NCBI GenBank assembly: GCA_964016885.1
Contig: OZ024752.1
Coordinates: forward strand, 48,484,001 to 48,548,000
Reading direction: 5' to 3'
DNA: 64,000 nucleotides
From: Eledone cirrhosa
Lineage: Eukaryota
In this document: positions 46,003 through 61,300 of the stretch, piece after piece
Position numbering within the stretch: position 1 is the first letter of the stretch
How the letters are laid out: each line of letters begins with the position of its first letter
The notes under the pieces: generated by a model
The model's database searches: none
Told to the model about the DNA's origin: nothing
What the model saw: only the letters and a program-made list of their open reading frames with translations
Position numbers and translations under genes: made by a program

Positions 46003-46132
46003 GGGGGGTGATGGAAGGGGGTGGGGTGGGGAAGGGGTGGAGGGCGAGGAGGTGTGGAGAGGGGGGGGGGACAAACTGACAAACAGAAAAGGAGTGGGGT
46101 GGATGGGGGAAAGGAGGGGTGGACAAACTGAC

Positions 46133-46184
<52 letters not shown>

Positions 46185-46526
46185 GGAGGTGGAGAGGACA
46201 AGCTGACAAATAGAGTGGAAGAGACAGGCAGACAGAGAGAAATAGGCACAGATAAATAGAGAGAGAGAAGGGAATGGAGAGACAAGAGAGAGAGGGGGTG
46301 GGATAAATACAGAGAGAGAGAAAGAGGTGGACGGGAATGGGGAGGGAGAGGGGACAGAAATGGGGAGGGATAAATACAGAGAGAGAGAGGAGGGAGGGAT
46401 AAATAGAGAAAGAGGGGGAGGATAAATGCACAGAGAGAGAGAGAAAGGAGGGAGAGAAAAAGAGACAGAGAGAGGGAGGGAGGGATAAATACAGGGTGAG
46501 ATATATATATATATAAGTATATATAT

Positions 46527-46582
<56 letters not shown>

Positions 46583-47348
46583 GGGAGAGAAAAGGGAGGG
46601 GGAGAAAAAGAGAGAGAGAGAGAAAGGAGGGAGAGAAAAAGAGACAGAGAGAGAAAGGAGGGAGAGAGAAAGAGAGAGAGAGAGAGGGGGAGGGAGGGAT
46701 AAATGCAGGGTGAGATATATATATAAATACAGAGAGGGAATTAAGAAATACATTTCTTTGGTTTTACCTTTGCTCTTACTGGAATTCCTTGCAGCAATAG
46801 TTGAACCATTTCCATTTTAAATCTAATCTAAGTTCCTCCATACTTAACAGACAGAAACACTTCTCTTAATGTTGTTGTTGTTGTTATTGTTGTTATTTTT
46901 GTTATTATTGTTGTTTTACTTGTTATTGTTGTTATTGCTTTTTATTTTTCTATATGTTTGTTTTTTTCTTTATATTTCTTGTTGTTGTTGTTGTTGCTAT
47001 TGTTGTTTATTGTATTTATTTCTCTTTTGTTTTTGCTTTGTTTTTTATTTTTTTGCTTTGTTTGTTTATTTGTTGTTTTAAGTTGATCCTTAAGAAATTA
47101 TGTTAAACATAATGTCAGGCTGAATAACAACAAAAAATATAAAACAACAAAAAAAAATATAAAAAACAATACAAAAACAAATATAAAAACAAAATGAAGC
47201 GCTTATGTAAAAATAAGGATTGTTTGTCCAACAACAGAAGTAGATACAAATTGACACAAACTAATTTAACTGCTTTGATACCAACCTTGCCAAAACCTGG
47301 TTTTGATCTTAAACATAAAACAATGTATTTTAAATGGTTCCTACTTAA

Positions 47349-48474
47349 CCCATTAGCATTTAAACTGGCCATAACCAGCCATATCTGGCCAGAATTCTCT
47401 CAGCTCTTTCTTTTCAAACTAGCTGTAACCGGCCATATCTGGCCAGAATTCTCTCACCTCTTTCTATTCAAACTAGCTGTAACCGGCCATATCTGGCCAG
47501 AATTCTCTCAGCTCTTTCTTTTCAAACTAGCTGTAACCGGCTGTATCTGGCCAGAATTCTCTCAGCTCTTTCTGTTCAAACTAGCTGTAACCGGCCATAT
47601 CTGGCCAGAATTCTCTCAGCTCTTTCTTTTCAAACTAGCTGTAACCGGCCATATCTGGCCAGAATTCTCTCAGCTCTTTCTTTTCAAACTAGCTGTAACC
47701 GGCCATATCTGGCCAGAATTCTCTCACCTCTTTCTTTTCAAACTAGCTGTAACCGGCCATATCTGGCCAGAATTCTCTCAGCTCTTTCTTTTCAAACTAG
47801 CTGTAACCGGCTGTATCTGGCCAGAATTCTCTCAGCTCTTTCTGTTCAAACTAGCTGTAACCGGCCATATCTGGCCAGAATTCTCTCAGCTCTTTCTTTT
47901 CAAACTAGCTGTAACCGGCCATATCTGGCCAGAATTCTCTCAGCTCTTTCTTTTCAAACTAGCTGTAACCGGCCGTATCTGGCCAGAATTCTCTCACCTC
48001 TTTCTGTTCAAACTAGCTGTAACCGGCCGTATCTGGCCAGAATTCTCTCACCTCTTTCTGTTCAAACTAACTGTAACCGGCCGTATCTGGCCAGAATTCT
48101 CTCACCTCTTTCTGTTCAAACTAGCTGTAACCGGCTGTATCTGGCCAGAATTCTCTCACCTCTTTCTGTTCAAACTAGCCGTATCCGGCCATATCTGGCC
48201 AGAATTCTCTCACCTCTTTCTGTTCAAACTAGCTGTAACCGGCCATATCTGGCCAGAATTCTCTCACCTCTTTCTCTTCAAACTAGCCGTATCCGGCTGT
48301 ATCCCGCCAGAGTTCTCTCACCTCTTTCTATTCAAACCAACTATATCTGGCAGCTCATACTGACATGAAAGTATTATTCTCAAAATAAATAACAACTAAA
48401 TCTTGTAGATTCGATATTATGTGAGATAATTATGTACCGTGAAAATACAATAGAGTAATATAAATGCTAAAAGG
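47349..48474. mobile_element. Family M MITE with internal 54-bp tandem array (18 units)
   Basis: TTAA|CCCATTAGCATTTA ... TAAATGCTAAAAGG|TTAA; unit GGCCATATCTGGCCAGAATTCTCTCAGCTCTTTCTTTTCAAACTAGCTGTAACC. Confidence 0.92.
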
Positions 48475-48478
48475 TTAA

Positions 48479-48699
48479 CCCTTTAGCATTTAAACCTGTC
48501 ATATCCGGCCAGAATTCTCTAACCACTTTCTGTTCAAATCGGCTGTAACTGGCTGCTCATACTGACATTAAAGTATTGTTCTCAAAATAAATAACATCAA
48601 AATCTCGTAGATTTGATATTATGTGAGATAATTATGTGAGATGAAGTGTTTACCACACAAATACAATAGTATATATAGAATAATGTAAATGCTAAAGAG
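48479..48699. mobile_element. Family M MITE sharing a TTAA with the preceding copy
   Basis: AGG|TTAA|CCCTTTAGCATTTA junction. Confidence 0.88.
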
Positions 48700-49285
48700 T
48701 TTAATTAAAATCTTCCAATATAATTTTATAATCGAACAATTTGTTAAGTTACTGTCTTAGGAATGACATAATTAATAATTTTAGTGAATTCCTAAAAGTT
48801 TTCATTAATCTATTTGATACCAACCTTGACAAAAACAGCTCTGATTCTATTAAATATTTTAAAGTGTTCCTGTTTAGATTAAAATCTTCCAATATAATTT
48901 TATATATATGAACCATTTGTTAAATTACTGTCTTAGTAATGAAATAATTAATAAATTTTAGTAAACAAATTTACGCTGAAACTAAATGTACACATGTATT
49001 TCATGACTCGTACGCTGTTCATTTTCCTGACATTTGTACATTATTCTATGTACTATACATGCACCTTTGATGAGTTGTAGTGCACCTGAGCACTGAACAC
49101 AATAATTTCATTATCAAAGAGACTAGAAGGGAGAGGACATAGGAGAGCTATTTAATAGTATGTGTCTGCTCTGGTTATGTGAAATCCTGATAAATACATA
49201 TCACAGTATACTATGATACATACTATATTAACCAATTAACATATCTGTAAAAATAATATATTATTATTGTTATTATTAAAATAAA

Positions 49286-49500
49286 GTGAATTGGCAGTAT
49301 CGGTAGAGGGTTGGACGCCATGCTTTCTAGCATAGAGTTACGTCCATTTATGGTCTGCGCTCAAATCCCGTCGAGGTTGACTTTGCCTTTCATCCTTACG
49401 GGGTCGATAAAATAAAGTACCAGTAATACACTGGGGCCGATTTAATCGACTTTCCCCTCCCCAAAATTACTGGCCTTGTACCTAAAGTAGAAATCATTAT
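49286..49500 (+). mobile_element. SINE S3, long form
   Basis: Full head and core plus a GCCGATTTAATCGAC...CCCCAAAATT segment missing from other copies. Confidence 0.88.
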
Positions 49501-49867
49501 AATTATTATTATGTAACATAATTAGTATTGTATTATGAGACACAATAAACAATATCATATCACTATATGACTAATAACTAAGCACAATATGATAAATATT
49601 ATTTCAGCTCATGATATAATTAATTTATCTATAATATATTATTGGGTAATAATGTAATTAGTGTTATACTATGAGAGAATATGATCAATATCATATCATT
49701 GTGGAATATAATTAATATCTTATCTTTGTCATATAAATTCAATAACAAATCACAACAATATATACATACATATCTATATCTACATACATATATATATATA
49801 TATATCTACATACATACATATATGTGCATATATATAATTATAATTATTAAAACGAAAGTTGTTGATA

Positions 49868-49900
<33 letters not shown>

Positions 49901-49904
<4 letters not shown>

Positions 49905-50095
49905 GTGTCCTAAAAAATGTATACACACCTCAACAGTAAATAAAATGCATTAAAATAAATTCTGTTATATATGCATTGGGTGTTTACATCCAATTGAATT
50001 ATGTCTATCATTTTATTTTTGGGAAATGCTGTGCATTCTTATAAATATTGCTTGTACAGGTAATCAAAGTATATATACATTTTTGGGGGACACCC

Positions 50096-50097
<2 letters not shown>
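49901..50097. mobile_element. Tc1/mariner-type MITE
   Basis: TA|CAGAGTGTCCTAAAAAATGTATA ... TATACATTTTTGGGGGACACCCTG|TG imperfect TIRs in a TA/TG tract. Confidence 0.75.
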
Positions 50098-50140
<43 letters not shown>

Positions 50141-50143
<3 letters not shown>

Positions 50144-50334
50144 GGAATGAGTAGGACCCCAATGGCTGAGCTCAAGCTGTTTCGACGGCTAATTCTGTCC
50201 AGAATAAGCCGTCGAAACGGCTTGAGCTCAGCCGTCGGGGTCCTACTCGTTCCTATTACCCACTCTACTACCCTAAGTATTGAGTACTTTAGTGCGTTAT
50301 GGTCCATCTGGTTCCTTACCACATTTCCTTCGTT
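50141..50334 (+). mobile_element. Hairpin-plus-tail element family C (3' half of a hammerhead), copy 1
   Basis: Hairpin 50141-50256; GAAA-CGGCT TGAGCTC AGCCG-TC at 50214-50236; tail with TATTGAGTAC. Confidence 0.75.
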
Positions 50335-50347
50335 ATATATATATATA

Positions 50348-50552
50348 TGAAGGCATGTGGCTGAGTGGTTAGAGAATTGGATTTGCAATCGTGAAGTTGT
50401 GAGTTCGATTCCCAGACGAGGCGATGCGTTATGTCCTTGAGCAAGACACTTTATTTCACATTGCTCCTTCTACCTGAAGTTGTGACTGACAGATAGTATT
50501 AGCAATTAGAAAGACCAATGGAAACATTGTTTCCTTGGTGCGAATTGACGAA
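50348..50552 (+). mobile_element. SINE family S2
   Basis: A box TGGCTGAGTGG, B box GAGTTCGATTCC, conserved core. Confidence 0.88.
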
Positions 50553-50649
50553 CTCCACCCCACTCATTAAGCGAATGAGATCTGCACATTTGATAAGTTG
50601 TAGTGCACCTGAGCACTGTATACAATAATTACATTATTATTTATCTAAA

Positions 50650-51552
50650 TAGTTAGCTACTTACACATTAATTATAAGTTAAATTTCTAGGTCTTTGACT
50701 GAAAATCTAGAACACAGATCATTGCAGAGAATGGAGGATCAATTTAACTTTTATCTGGGAAATACTTAGCTACTTTACACATTAATATAAATGAACTGAC
50801 TAGGTCATTGACTGAAAATCTAGAACACAGATCATCTCAGAGAATGGAGGATCAATTTAACTTTTATCTGGGAAATACTTAGCTACTTTACACATTAATA
50901 TAAATGAACTGACTAGGTCATTGACTGAAAATCTATAACACAGATCATTTCAGAGAATGTAGGATCAATTTAACTTTTATCTGAGAAATACTTAGTTACT
51001 TTACACAATAATATAAATGAACTGACTAGGTCATTGACTGAAAATCTAGAACACAGATCATCTCAGAGAATGTAGGATCAATTTAACTTTTATCTGAGAA
51101 ATACTTAGTTACTTTACACAATAATATAAATGAACTGACTAGGTCATTGACTGAAAATCTAGAACACAGATCATCTCAGAGAATGTAGGATCAATTTAAC
51201 TTTTATCTGGGAAATACTTAGCTACTTTACACATTAATATAAATGAACTGACTAGGTCATTGACTGAAAATCTAGAACACAGATCATCTCAGAAAATGTA
51301 GGATCAATTTAACTTTTATCTGAGAAATACTTAGCTACTTTACACATTAATATAAATGAACTTGCTAGATCATTGACTGAATATCTGGAACACAGATTCT
51401 CACAGTGGACGCAGGATCAATTTAACTTTTATCTGAGAAATACTTAGTTACTTTACACAATAATATAAATGAACTGACTAGGTCATTGACTGAACATCTG
51501 AACATCTGGAACGCAGATCGTTGCAATGGACGGAGGAGCAATTTAACTTTTA
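50650..51552. repeat. 113-bp tandem repeat, about 8 copies
   Basis: GGATCAATTTAACTTTTATCTG recurs at 50736, 50849, 50962, 51075, 51188, 51301 and 51414. Confidence 0.95.
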
Positions 51553-51927
51553 TAGTTTATCTTTATAGAAATCATTTAATGTCGCCCTAAGAATTATCCA
51601 GAATCCTAAAGAATTTAATAGCTTCAATAGTTTGACAGTTATCGGACACTTGCAATTATTCCCAGACATATAGCAAGTAATATCCATGGGCAGGGAGAGA
51701 GATGAAATGTCATAATTTACCCCCACAACCACCACCATCACACACAATATAAATAAATTTCAAAAACAAAGTAAAAAAGAATTTTATCGTTTCATATACA
51801 TAGTCGGACATATTTATGTGTATGTACACAAAAAAATACAATGATATAAACACACACAAACACACACATATATATATATATATATAAATGTGTATGTATA
51901 TATATATGTATATATATATATATATAA

Positions 51928-51963
<36 letters not shown>

Positions 51964-51982
51964 GTGTACATATATAAATGTG

Positions 51983-52027
<45 letters not shown>

Positions 52028-52052
52028 AAAATAACAGGAGGCTGGACTTGTG

Positions 52053-52097
<45 letters not shown>

Positions 52098-52782
52098 AAA
52101 CATGGACATATGCAATATATATTTATAATTATGCAAATGTAAAAAAACAATATGCCCGCCCCATTTTTATATATCTATATATGGCAAAAGGAAGAGAGTA
52201 AGGTAAAGATAAATAGGTGAAGAAATATATAGACATTATAAAATACACAGAAACATACATATATACATATATACATATATACATATATACATATATATAC
52301 ACATACACATATATATATACATATACACACACACACATATATATATATATACACACATATATATATATACACATATATATATATACATATATACATATAC
52401 ATACACACAAACTGACAAACACACATACATATATACATGCACACATATATATACACATACATATACATACACACAAACTGACAATCACTACATACATATA
52501 TACACATACACACACACATATATACACACACAAACTGATGGACAAACATACATACACATACACATACAGACACAGAAAAAGACAGACACACATACACCCA
52601 CACACACATACACCCACACACACACACATACACCCACATACACACACACACGTACACATACATACACCCCCCACCCCCCACACACACATACATAAGGGAG
52701 GTATTTTTTATTACTGTCCTTTAGTTATTTTCATATTTTATTTTTATTGACAATTTTTCAATTCCTTTTACTTATTTGTGCA

Positions 52783-53343
<561 letters not shown>

Positions 53344-53473
53344 AGATTGTCCTTAATCGTTAGAGCTCTATTTCATTTGCACATATATTGCATTGCCCAA
53401 TCCATTTCAATGTGTCCGCTGAGTTGATTGAGTGCACTTTATGCACTTTTATGCAGTTGTATATTTAGATGTG

Positions 53474-53504
<31 letters not shown>

Positions 53505-53549
53505 ATGTATGTATATGTGTACATGTATATATATATGTATGTGTGTGTG

Positions 53550-53588
<39 letters not shown>

Positions 53589-53884
53589 GCGTGCTGGGCA
53601 AGTGCATAAAAAAGTATGTGCACATGCATGTGTGTGTGGGTGGGTGGGAATTGGTAGAGGAAGGAACAACAACAACAACAACAACAACACCGACACCATC
53701 ACTACCACCACCACCAACAACAACACCACCACCACCACCACCACCACCACCACCAACAACAACAACACCACCACCAACAACAACAAACAACAACAACAAC
53801 AACACCACCACCAACACCAACAACACCGACACCATCACCACCACCACCACCACCACCACCACCACCACCACCAACAACACCACC

Positions 53885-53931
<47 letters not shown>

Positions 53932-54019
53932 GAGTTTAATAGAGACATCGCAAGTTGTTACAGACAGAAATCTTCATAAGGATTCTTTCCCTTCCCACCT
54001 TCAAAAAAAAAATATATAT

Positions 54020-54208
54020 ATAGGAAAAAGTATGACCCCGACGGCAGAGCTCAAGCCGTTTCGATGGCTATTGAGTCCAGAAATAGCTGTCAAAACGGCT
54101 TGAGCTCTGCCATCGGGGTCATACTTTTTCCTATTACCCACTCTACTACCCTAAGTATTGAGTACTCTGGTGCGTTATGGTCCATCTGGTTCCTTACCAC
54201 ATTTCCTT
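54020..54208 (+). mobile_element. Hairpin-plus-tail element family C, copy 2
   Basis: Hairpin 54020-54134 and the same tail as 50257-50334. Confidence 0.75.
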
Positions 54209-54227
54209 ATATATATATATATATATA

Positions 54228-54275
<48 letters not shown>

Positions 54276-54489
54276 TATATAAAATATATATATAATTAAA
54301 AATATATATGAAAAAGCAATAAAACAAGATAAAATAAACTGACAACTGCAAGATATATGTAACCATAGTAATTAAGTAGTGTACAGAGTAACAAGAGGGT
54401 TAGGGTGAGGATGGGTCAGAAATAGAATATATATATATATATGTGTATATATATATATGTGTATATATATATATATATATACATGTATA

Positions 54490-54532
<43 letters not shown>

Positions 54533-54542
54533 GTATATGTAT

Positions 54543-54627
<85 letters not shown>

Positions 54628-54771
54628 CATATATATATATATACATATATATATATACATATATATAATACTAAATTTAATACAAGACAATAAATGCAGC
54701 AACACTTTATAGTTTTGGAATAATTTTTTTTTTTTTCATATTATTGTCTTACAAGAAAAATAAACCTCCCT

Positions 54772-54956
<185 letters not shown>

Positions 54957-55031
54957 TAACCCAGAAAAAAGAGAAAAAAATAAAAAGGAAAAAAAAATAT
55001 TTTTCTTCCTAATAATTGTCTTTTTCTTCCT

Positions 55032-55229
<198 letters not shown>

Positions 55230-55234
55230 ATATG

Positions 55235-55275
<41 letters not shown>

Positions 55276-56448
55276 ATTGGAGTTTGACTAATTTTATTGT
55301 TAAATATTTTCCTTGTTTTATTTTATTTTATTTTATTTTATTTTATTTTATTTTATTTTATTTTACTTTTGAAATTTGATTGATTTTTGTTTTTTTGTTA
55401 AATTATGTGTTTTTTTTTAATGGAAACTTGGAGTGAAGAAATCAAGATTACGGACACAGTAAATTAAATATATCCCTCCGCCCTTCCCTCCCCATCTCTT
55501 TTAGCAACAACAGCAACACCAACAACAACACCAACAACAGTGCCAACAATAGCAGCAGCAACAACATAGCTATATAAAGTCGTAATCTACATAAGTCAAG
55601 TGGTCATAATCTTTCTTGTTTTCTTCCATTATCTCACATTAGCCCCCCCCCCCCCCCCACACACTTCATCTCCCAGGGTGTGGGTGTGTGTGGGTGTGTG
55701 TGCACGTGTATTGTCAGCCCTGCCCTCCCACCCTCACCTCCGATGATACACCCTACTTTGCTGTAACGGAGTAACAATATATATATATACTCAGCAGCAT
55801 AATCTATTTATATCAGTCGACCCCAGCACCACCACCATCGCCACCAGCGCCGCCACCACCGCCACCAACACCACCACCACTGTTACAACCACCACCACTG
55901 TTACCACCACCACCATCACCGCCACCACCACCGCCATCACCGCCACCACCACCGCCACCACCACCACCACCACCACTGTTACCACCACCGCCACACCACC
56001 AACACCACCACCACCATCACCGCCACCACCACCAACACCACTGTTACCACAACCACTGTTACCACCACCACCACTGTTACCACCAGCACCACCACCACCA
56101 ACACCACCGCCACCACCGCCACCACCACCACCACCACCACCACCACCACTGTTACCACCACCACCACCACCACCGCCACCGCCACCACCACCACCACCAA
56201 CACAAACACCACCACCACCACGCACCCTAATTTTGACAACCCAAAATTCGAAAAAAAATAACAAACAACGTTTGGCCTCCAGGACGCAATGGTAGATTTT
56301 TTAGACTTATTTTAGGAGAAAAGTAAAGTCTTTGTTGCCTGAAAATACGGTAATCAAGAATTTTGGAGAGATTTAGTAATATAACTAACTTTCTCCTCAT
56401 TATCTCCTTAGCACTTAACCCCTTAGCACTTAACCCCTTAGCACTTAA

Positions 56449-56928
56449 CCCTTTAGCATTCACATTACTCTATATACACTATTTTCATCCTTACGGGGTC
56501 AATAAAATAAAGTACCAGTAATGCACTGGGTAATTTCTGGCCTTGTGCCAAAAGTAGAAACAATTATATTTTCATGATGGATTGGCAGTATCGGTAGAGG
56601 GTCGGACGCTCTTTCCAACATAGTTACGTCCCTTTACGATCTGAGTTCAAATCCCGCCATGTTGACTTTGCCTTTCATCCTTACGGGGTCGATAAAATAA
56701 AGAACCATTAATGCACTGGGGTAATTGCTGGCCTTGTGCCGAAAGTAGAAACAATTATATTTTCATGATAAATGCTTTACCTCACATATTATCGAATCTA
56801 TGAGATTTTGAAAGTATTTATTTTGAGAACAATACCTTAACATCAGTTTGAGCGACCAGTTACAGCCAGTTTCAACAGATAAAGGTAGTGAATTCTGGCC
56901 GGTTTTGGCCGGTTTGAACATTAAAGGG
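56449..56928. mobile_element. Family M MITE carrying two nested S3 SINE insertions
   Basis: TIRs with TTAA; S3 pieces at ~56483-56567 and ~56579-56758 bounded by repeated TATTTTCAT(GAT); three 15-bp terminal repeats to the left. Confidence 0.82.
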
Positions 56929-56932
56929 TTAA

Positions 56933-57405
56933 ACCGGACATATCTGGCCAGAATTCTCTCGCCTCTTTCTGTTCAAATCAACCATAACTGGCCCCTCATA
57001 AGGTATTGTTCTCAAATAAATAATTGTTTCTACTTTTGGCACAAGGCCAGCAATTAACCCAGTGCATTACTGGTACTTTATTTTATCGACCCCGTAAGGA
57101 TGAAAGGCAAAGTTAACCTCGGCGTGATTTGAACTCAGAACGTAAAGGGCCATAACTCTATGCTGTAAAGCATGGTGTCTGACGCTCTACTGATGCTGCC
57201 AATTCACCGCCCTTATAGTAATAATAATAATAATAATAATTGTTTCTACTTTTGGCACAAGGCCAGCAATGACACCAGTGCATTACTGGTACTTTATTTT
57301 ATCGACCCCGTAAGGATGAAAAGCAAAGTAATAAATAATATCAAAATCTCATAGATTCGATATTATGTGAGCTAAAGTGTTTACGGTGAAAATACAATAA
57401 TATAT
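56933..57405. mobile_element. Partial family M MITE with two minus-strand S3 SINEs (57021-57211, 57238-57329)
   Basis: MITE sequence resumes at AATAATATCAAAATCTCATAGATTCG after the SINEs. Confidence 0.78.
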
Positions 57406-57810
57406 ATAAAAAAAATATATATATGAGTGTGTATGAGTGTGTGTGTATGAGTGTGTGTGTATGAGTGTGTGTGTTTGAGTGTGTGTGTGTGTGTATATCC
57501 ATATGTAGTTGACAGATGAGAGAAAAGAGTACTCAATAGCGAAGTAGAATTTAAATATTCATTTATTATAGCTAGGGTTCAATTGACAGAACCATTGGAA
57601 TACTTAGAGTCATTATTGACTGAGGTCCATTTATGAATCACACACACACACACATACTCACACACATGTGTGTGTGTGTGTGTGTGTGTGTTTCTGTGTA
57701 TAATGGTTGATGTTTAAAAACAGAATTTGAATTAATTAGTGTTTATAATTTTACAAAAGTCTTTAAGATGTGCACACACACACACACACAGACATATCAT
57801 CATCATCATC

Positions 57811-57863
<53 letters not shown>

Positions 57864-58494
57864 AAATGTATGCTTATAGACGTATACTTCTAAATATATA
57901 TACACATGCTACATACAATATATGAATATAAAATAAATTATAATTCAATGAAATTCTAAAAAAGCTTTAGAAAAACTTCCCCCACACACCACTCAAACAC
58001 TCACCCAACTTCACTTTATCACCCTCACAACCAACTCTAAATTACACTATACAACAACTATAATTATCACACCAGAACATATCTCAACAGACCAAAGAAT
58101 ATTATACAATGCGAAAAAACATAACATACAACATCATTACCATACTACACCGCACCACACCACACCACACCACTTTGGCACAAACCATTTAAGATATTTT
58201 ATTGAAAAGCAGTGACATTTACGGAGATGTTTCAAGTAAATATAAATAGACATTTCTAAAAAGAAGTACAGATTGATGTAAACTGTTGACGTGTTGGTGG
58301 TGATGGTGGTGTGGATTATGCAGATGATTTAGACAATGTATATTTGTATTTTGGGACCACAGTCTTCTGGGTAGCTTTTAGCATGTAAGTTATAACTGTT
58401 GTTTGTGGTGGTGACAGGATTAGCAGTACCTTAATATTCCCAGGATCGTAGCCTAGATGCTCCTATCTTGACCATATCTGGACACGATAAGAAG

Positions 58495-58786
58495 GAATGT
58501 TCTGAGTTCAGTCTTACTGTGTAGTCTCTGTAACAAATATCTTCTACTATAGAATCAGAGTGACCAATTCTTTTTGAGAGGAATTTGGTAAATGGAAACT
58601 GCAGAAACCTATTATATGTATATATACTGTAAATGTGGTTGGTGTTAGGAAGGGCATCCAACTGTAGAAAACCCGCCAGACAGTCTTATGCGAGCAAGAC
58701 AATCACTCTTGCCTCAAGTGGGAAAACCCCCGTCCAAACCCATGCAAGCGTGGCACACGGACGTTAAACGTTGATGATGATGATGA
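58495..58786 (+). mobile_element. Older SINE body plus RTE-type tail
   Basis: Degenerate B box and ...TCTTCTACTATAG...GGAAACTG; tail GGTTGGTGTTAGGAAGGGCATCC...GGACGTTAAACG(TGA)n. Confidence 0.7.
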
Positions 58787-58938
58787 TATATATATATATG
58801 GTCACCATCTATGCCAATGAAATGTATATATATATATCAAATTACAAAATAGGAAGAAATAATAGACAAAAATATACCAATTTTGTCTTCAAAGTCCTGA
58901 CTGCAGTTTTGCCAATCCTTGTGCAACAATTTCTGCAC

Positions 58939-59207
<269 letters not shown>

Positions 59208-59232
59208 ATATATATATATATATATATATATA

Positions 59233-59412
59233 CGTTATTCCGGGTTGAATCGGAGGTAACCACAGTAAGTAAGGTACTCAATACAATGCAGAGTATAAAA
59301 GTTTTAATATAGATGAGATTCTACAGGACTAGAACTGTTTCATTCTTTAGAAATCATCATGATTTCTAAAGAATGAAACAGTTCTAGTCCTGTAGAATCT
59401 CATCTATATTAA

Positions 59413-59416
<4 letters not shown>
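59233..59416. mobile_element. Family A palindromic element, copy 2 (hammerhead core truncated)
   Basis: Near-identical to 6871-7068; arms 59300-59357/59359-59416. Confidence 0.85.
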
Positions 59417-59485
<69 letters not shown>

Positions 59486-59546
59486 ATATTAAATATATAT
59501 ATAAAATATATTATAAATATATAAATATAATATATATTATAAATAA

Positions 59547-59577
<31 letters not shown>

Positions 59578-59768
59578 CGCGTGTGTGTGTCTCTTTGAGT
59601 ATATAAGTATATAAAAACAATATATATATATGTATATATATACACAGACAAAAATGCCAGCTAATTAGAAAGAAACTAAATAATTAATAATATTTATATA
59701 ATTACAACTTTATCTGAACAATTTCTCATGCAATAATATTTTTCTCCTTATTTCATTTAGGTTTGTTA

Positions 59769-59833
<65 letters not shown>

Positions 59834-59974
59834 TGTATATATTCCAAACTCCAATTTCTCTTTGTTTTTATTTATCATTTCTAGTTACTTCTAATTTCCA
59901 AGCTAATTAGGTTCACATAGAATATAAACTGTTTAAGATATTACACCACATCTAATATATATTTTGAAACACAA

Positions 59975-60032
<58 letters not shown>

Positions 60033-60286
60033 TATATATACATTATATATATATGAACATATATATATACACATACATATTTACACATATATATATATAC
60101 ATATATATATATATATGTAGTAGATCTATTGAAAAACATTAATGAGTAAAGCTTATTGATTGATAATACATGAAAGTTGCTATTTGTTTATTACATATTA
60201 TGGTAATAATAATATAATAAGGGTAGTTTCATACACATATATATGTGTGTATATATATATATATGTGCGTGTGTGTATATAAATAT

Positions 60287-60326
<40 letters not shown>

Positions 60327-60334
60327 GTATATAT

Positions 60335-60370
<36 letters not shown>

Positions 60371-60488
60371 GTATATGTATAAAAAAGTATTCTACAGGAC
60401 TAGAACTATTTCATTCATATGAAATCATCAGAATTTATTGAGTACCTTGTTTCCTGTGATTGCCCTTAATTTAACTAGGAATTTACAC

Positions 60489-60572
<84 letters not shown>

Positions 60573-60899
60573 GTGTATGTGTGTGTGTGTGTGGATGCAT
60601 GTGTGAAAAGTAAATGGAAAACAACACAGCAAACGATACAGTAAAATAAAAAGATATAAACAAATATCTTAGTTTAACAGTTGATAAAGTAGGAAAAGAG
60701 TCTGGACGTTTCGGACGATTGTGCTTCATAGGATGATATAACTCAAGATAAAAGAAGAAATAAAAAGATGATGGAGACTGAGAAGGGAGATAAGTGGAAA
60801 AAAACAAACAAAAAAACAAACAAATATTTTTGGAGAAAAAGCACGATTGAGTTTAGTCAGCCTTTGACTTCAGTTATTGACACGAAACAAGTAAGATGT

Positions 60900-61280
60900 A
60901 TTTTGTTTGGCTATCCTATTATATGATGCATGTGTTCAAATTGCAATGCTGCACAGCAGCGAGATGTGGACACATTCTCAGTGAAGAATATTGCAGCAGC
61001 TAAAAAGAAATGAAGCAAACATGTTTTGCTGAATGTGCAATGTTAGTGTGCATGAACAACAGAGGACAAATGAACTGAGAGAAAAGTTGAGCAGAAAAAG
61101 AAATGAATGTAGCATGTAAGAGAGATGATTCTGCTGGTATGGTCATATGATGCATAAGGAGAGTAACAGATGTATAAAAAAGTAGATGAAACCTCTTAAA
61201 GAGTTGATACCAAGAAAGACATAAGCCAAAGTTGTGAAGGACGATCTCAGAAAACTGAACCGACATAAGAAATGACACAG
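60900..61280 (+). pseudogene. Degenerate RTE LINE C-terminal fragment
   Basis: YDACVQIAMLHSSEMW ... RNEANM..*MCNVSVHEQQRTNELREKL ... WYGHMM, with stops and frameshifts. Confidence 0.8.
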
Positions 61281-61300
61281 CATAAAGAAATATGCCTTAA

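Noticed and set aside
46768-46842. Possible minus-strand exon encoding MEMVQLLLQGIPVRAK (phase 0)
   Set aside because: Weak donor (GTAAAA) and a short frame expected by chance; cannot be linked to exon 10109-10219 without reads.
60388-60435. Family A-related hammerhead on the minus strand
   Set aside because: Core is present but stem I is disrupted; treated as a decayed relative rather than a ribozyme call.
60690-60735. Minus-strand GAAACGTC hammerhead remnant
   Set aside because: Core is broken (CTATGA) and the 5' strand of stem I is missing.
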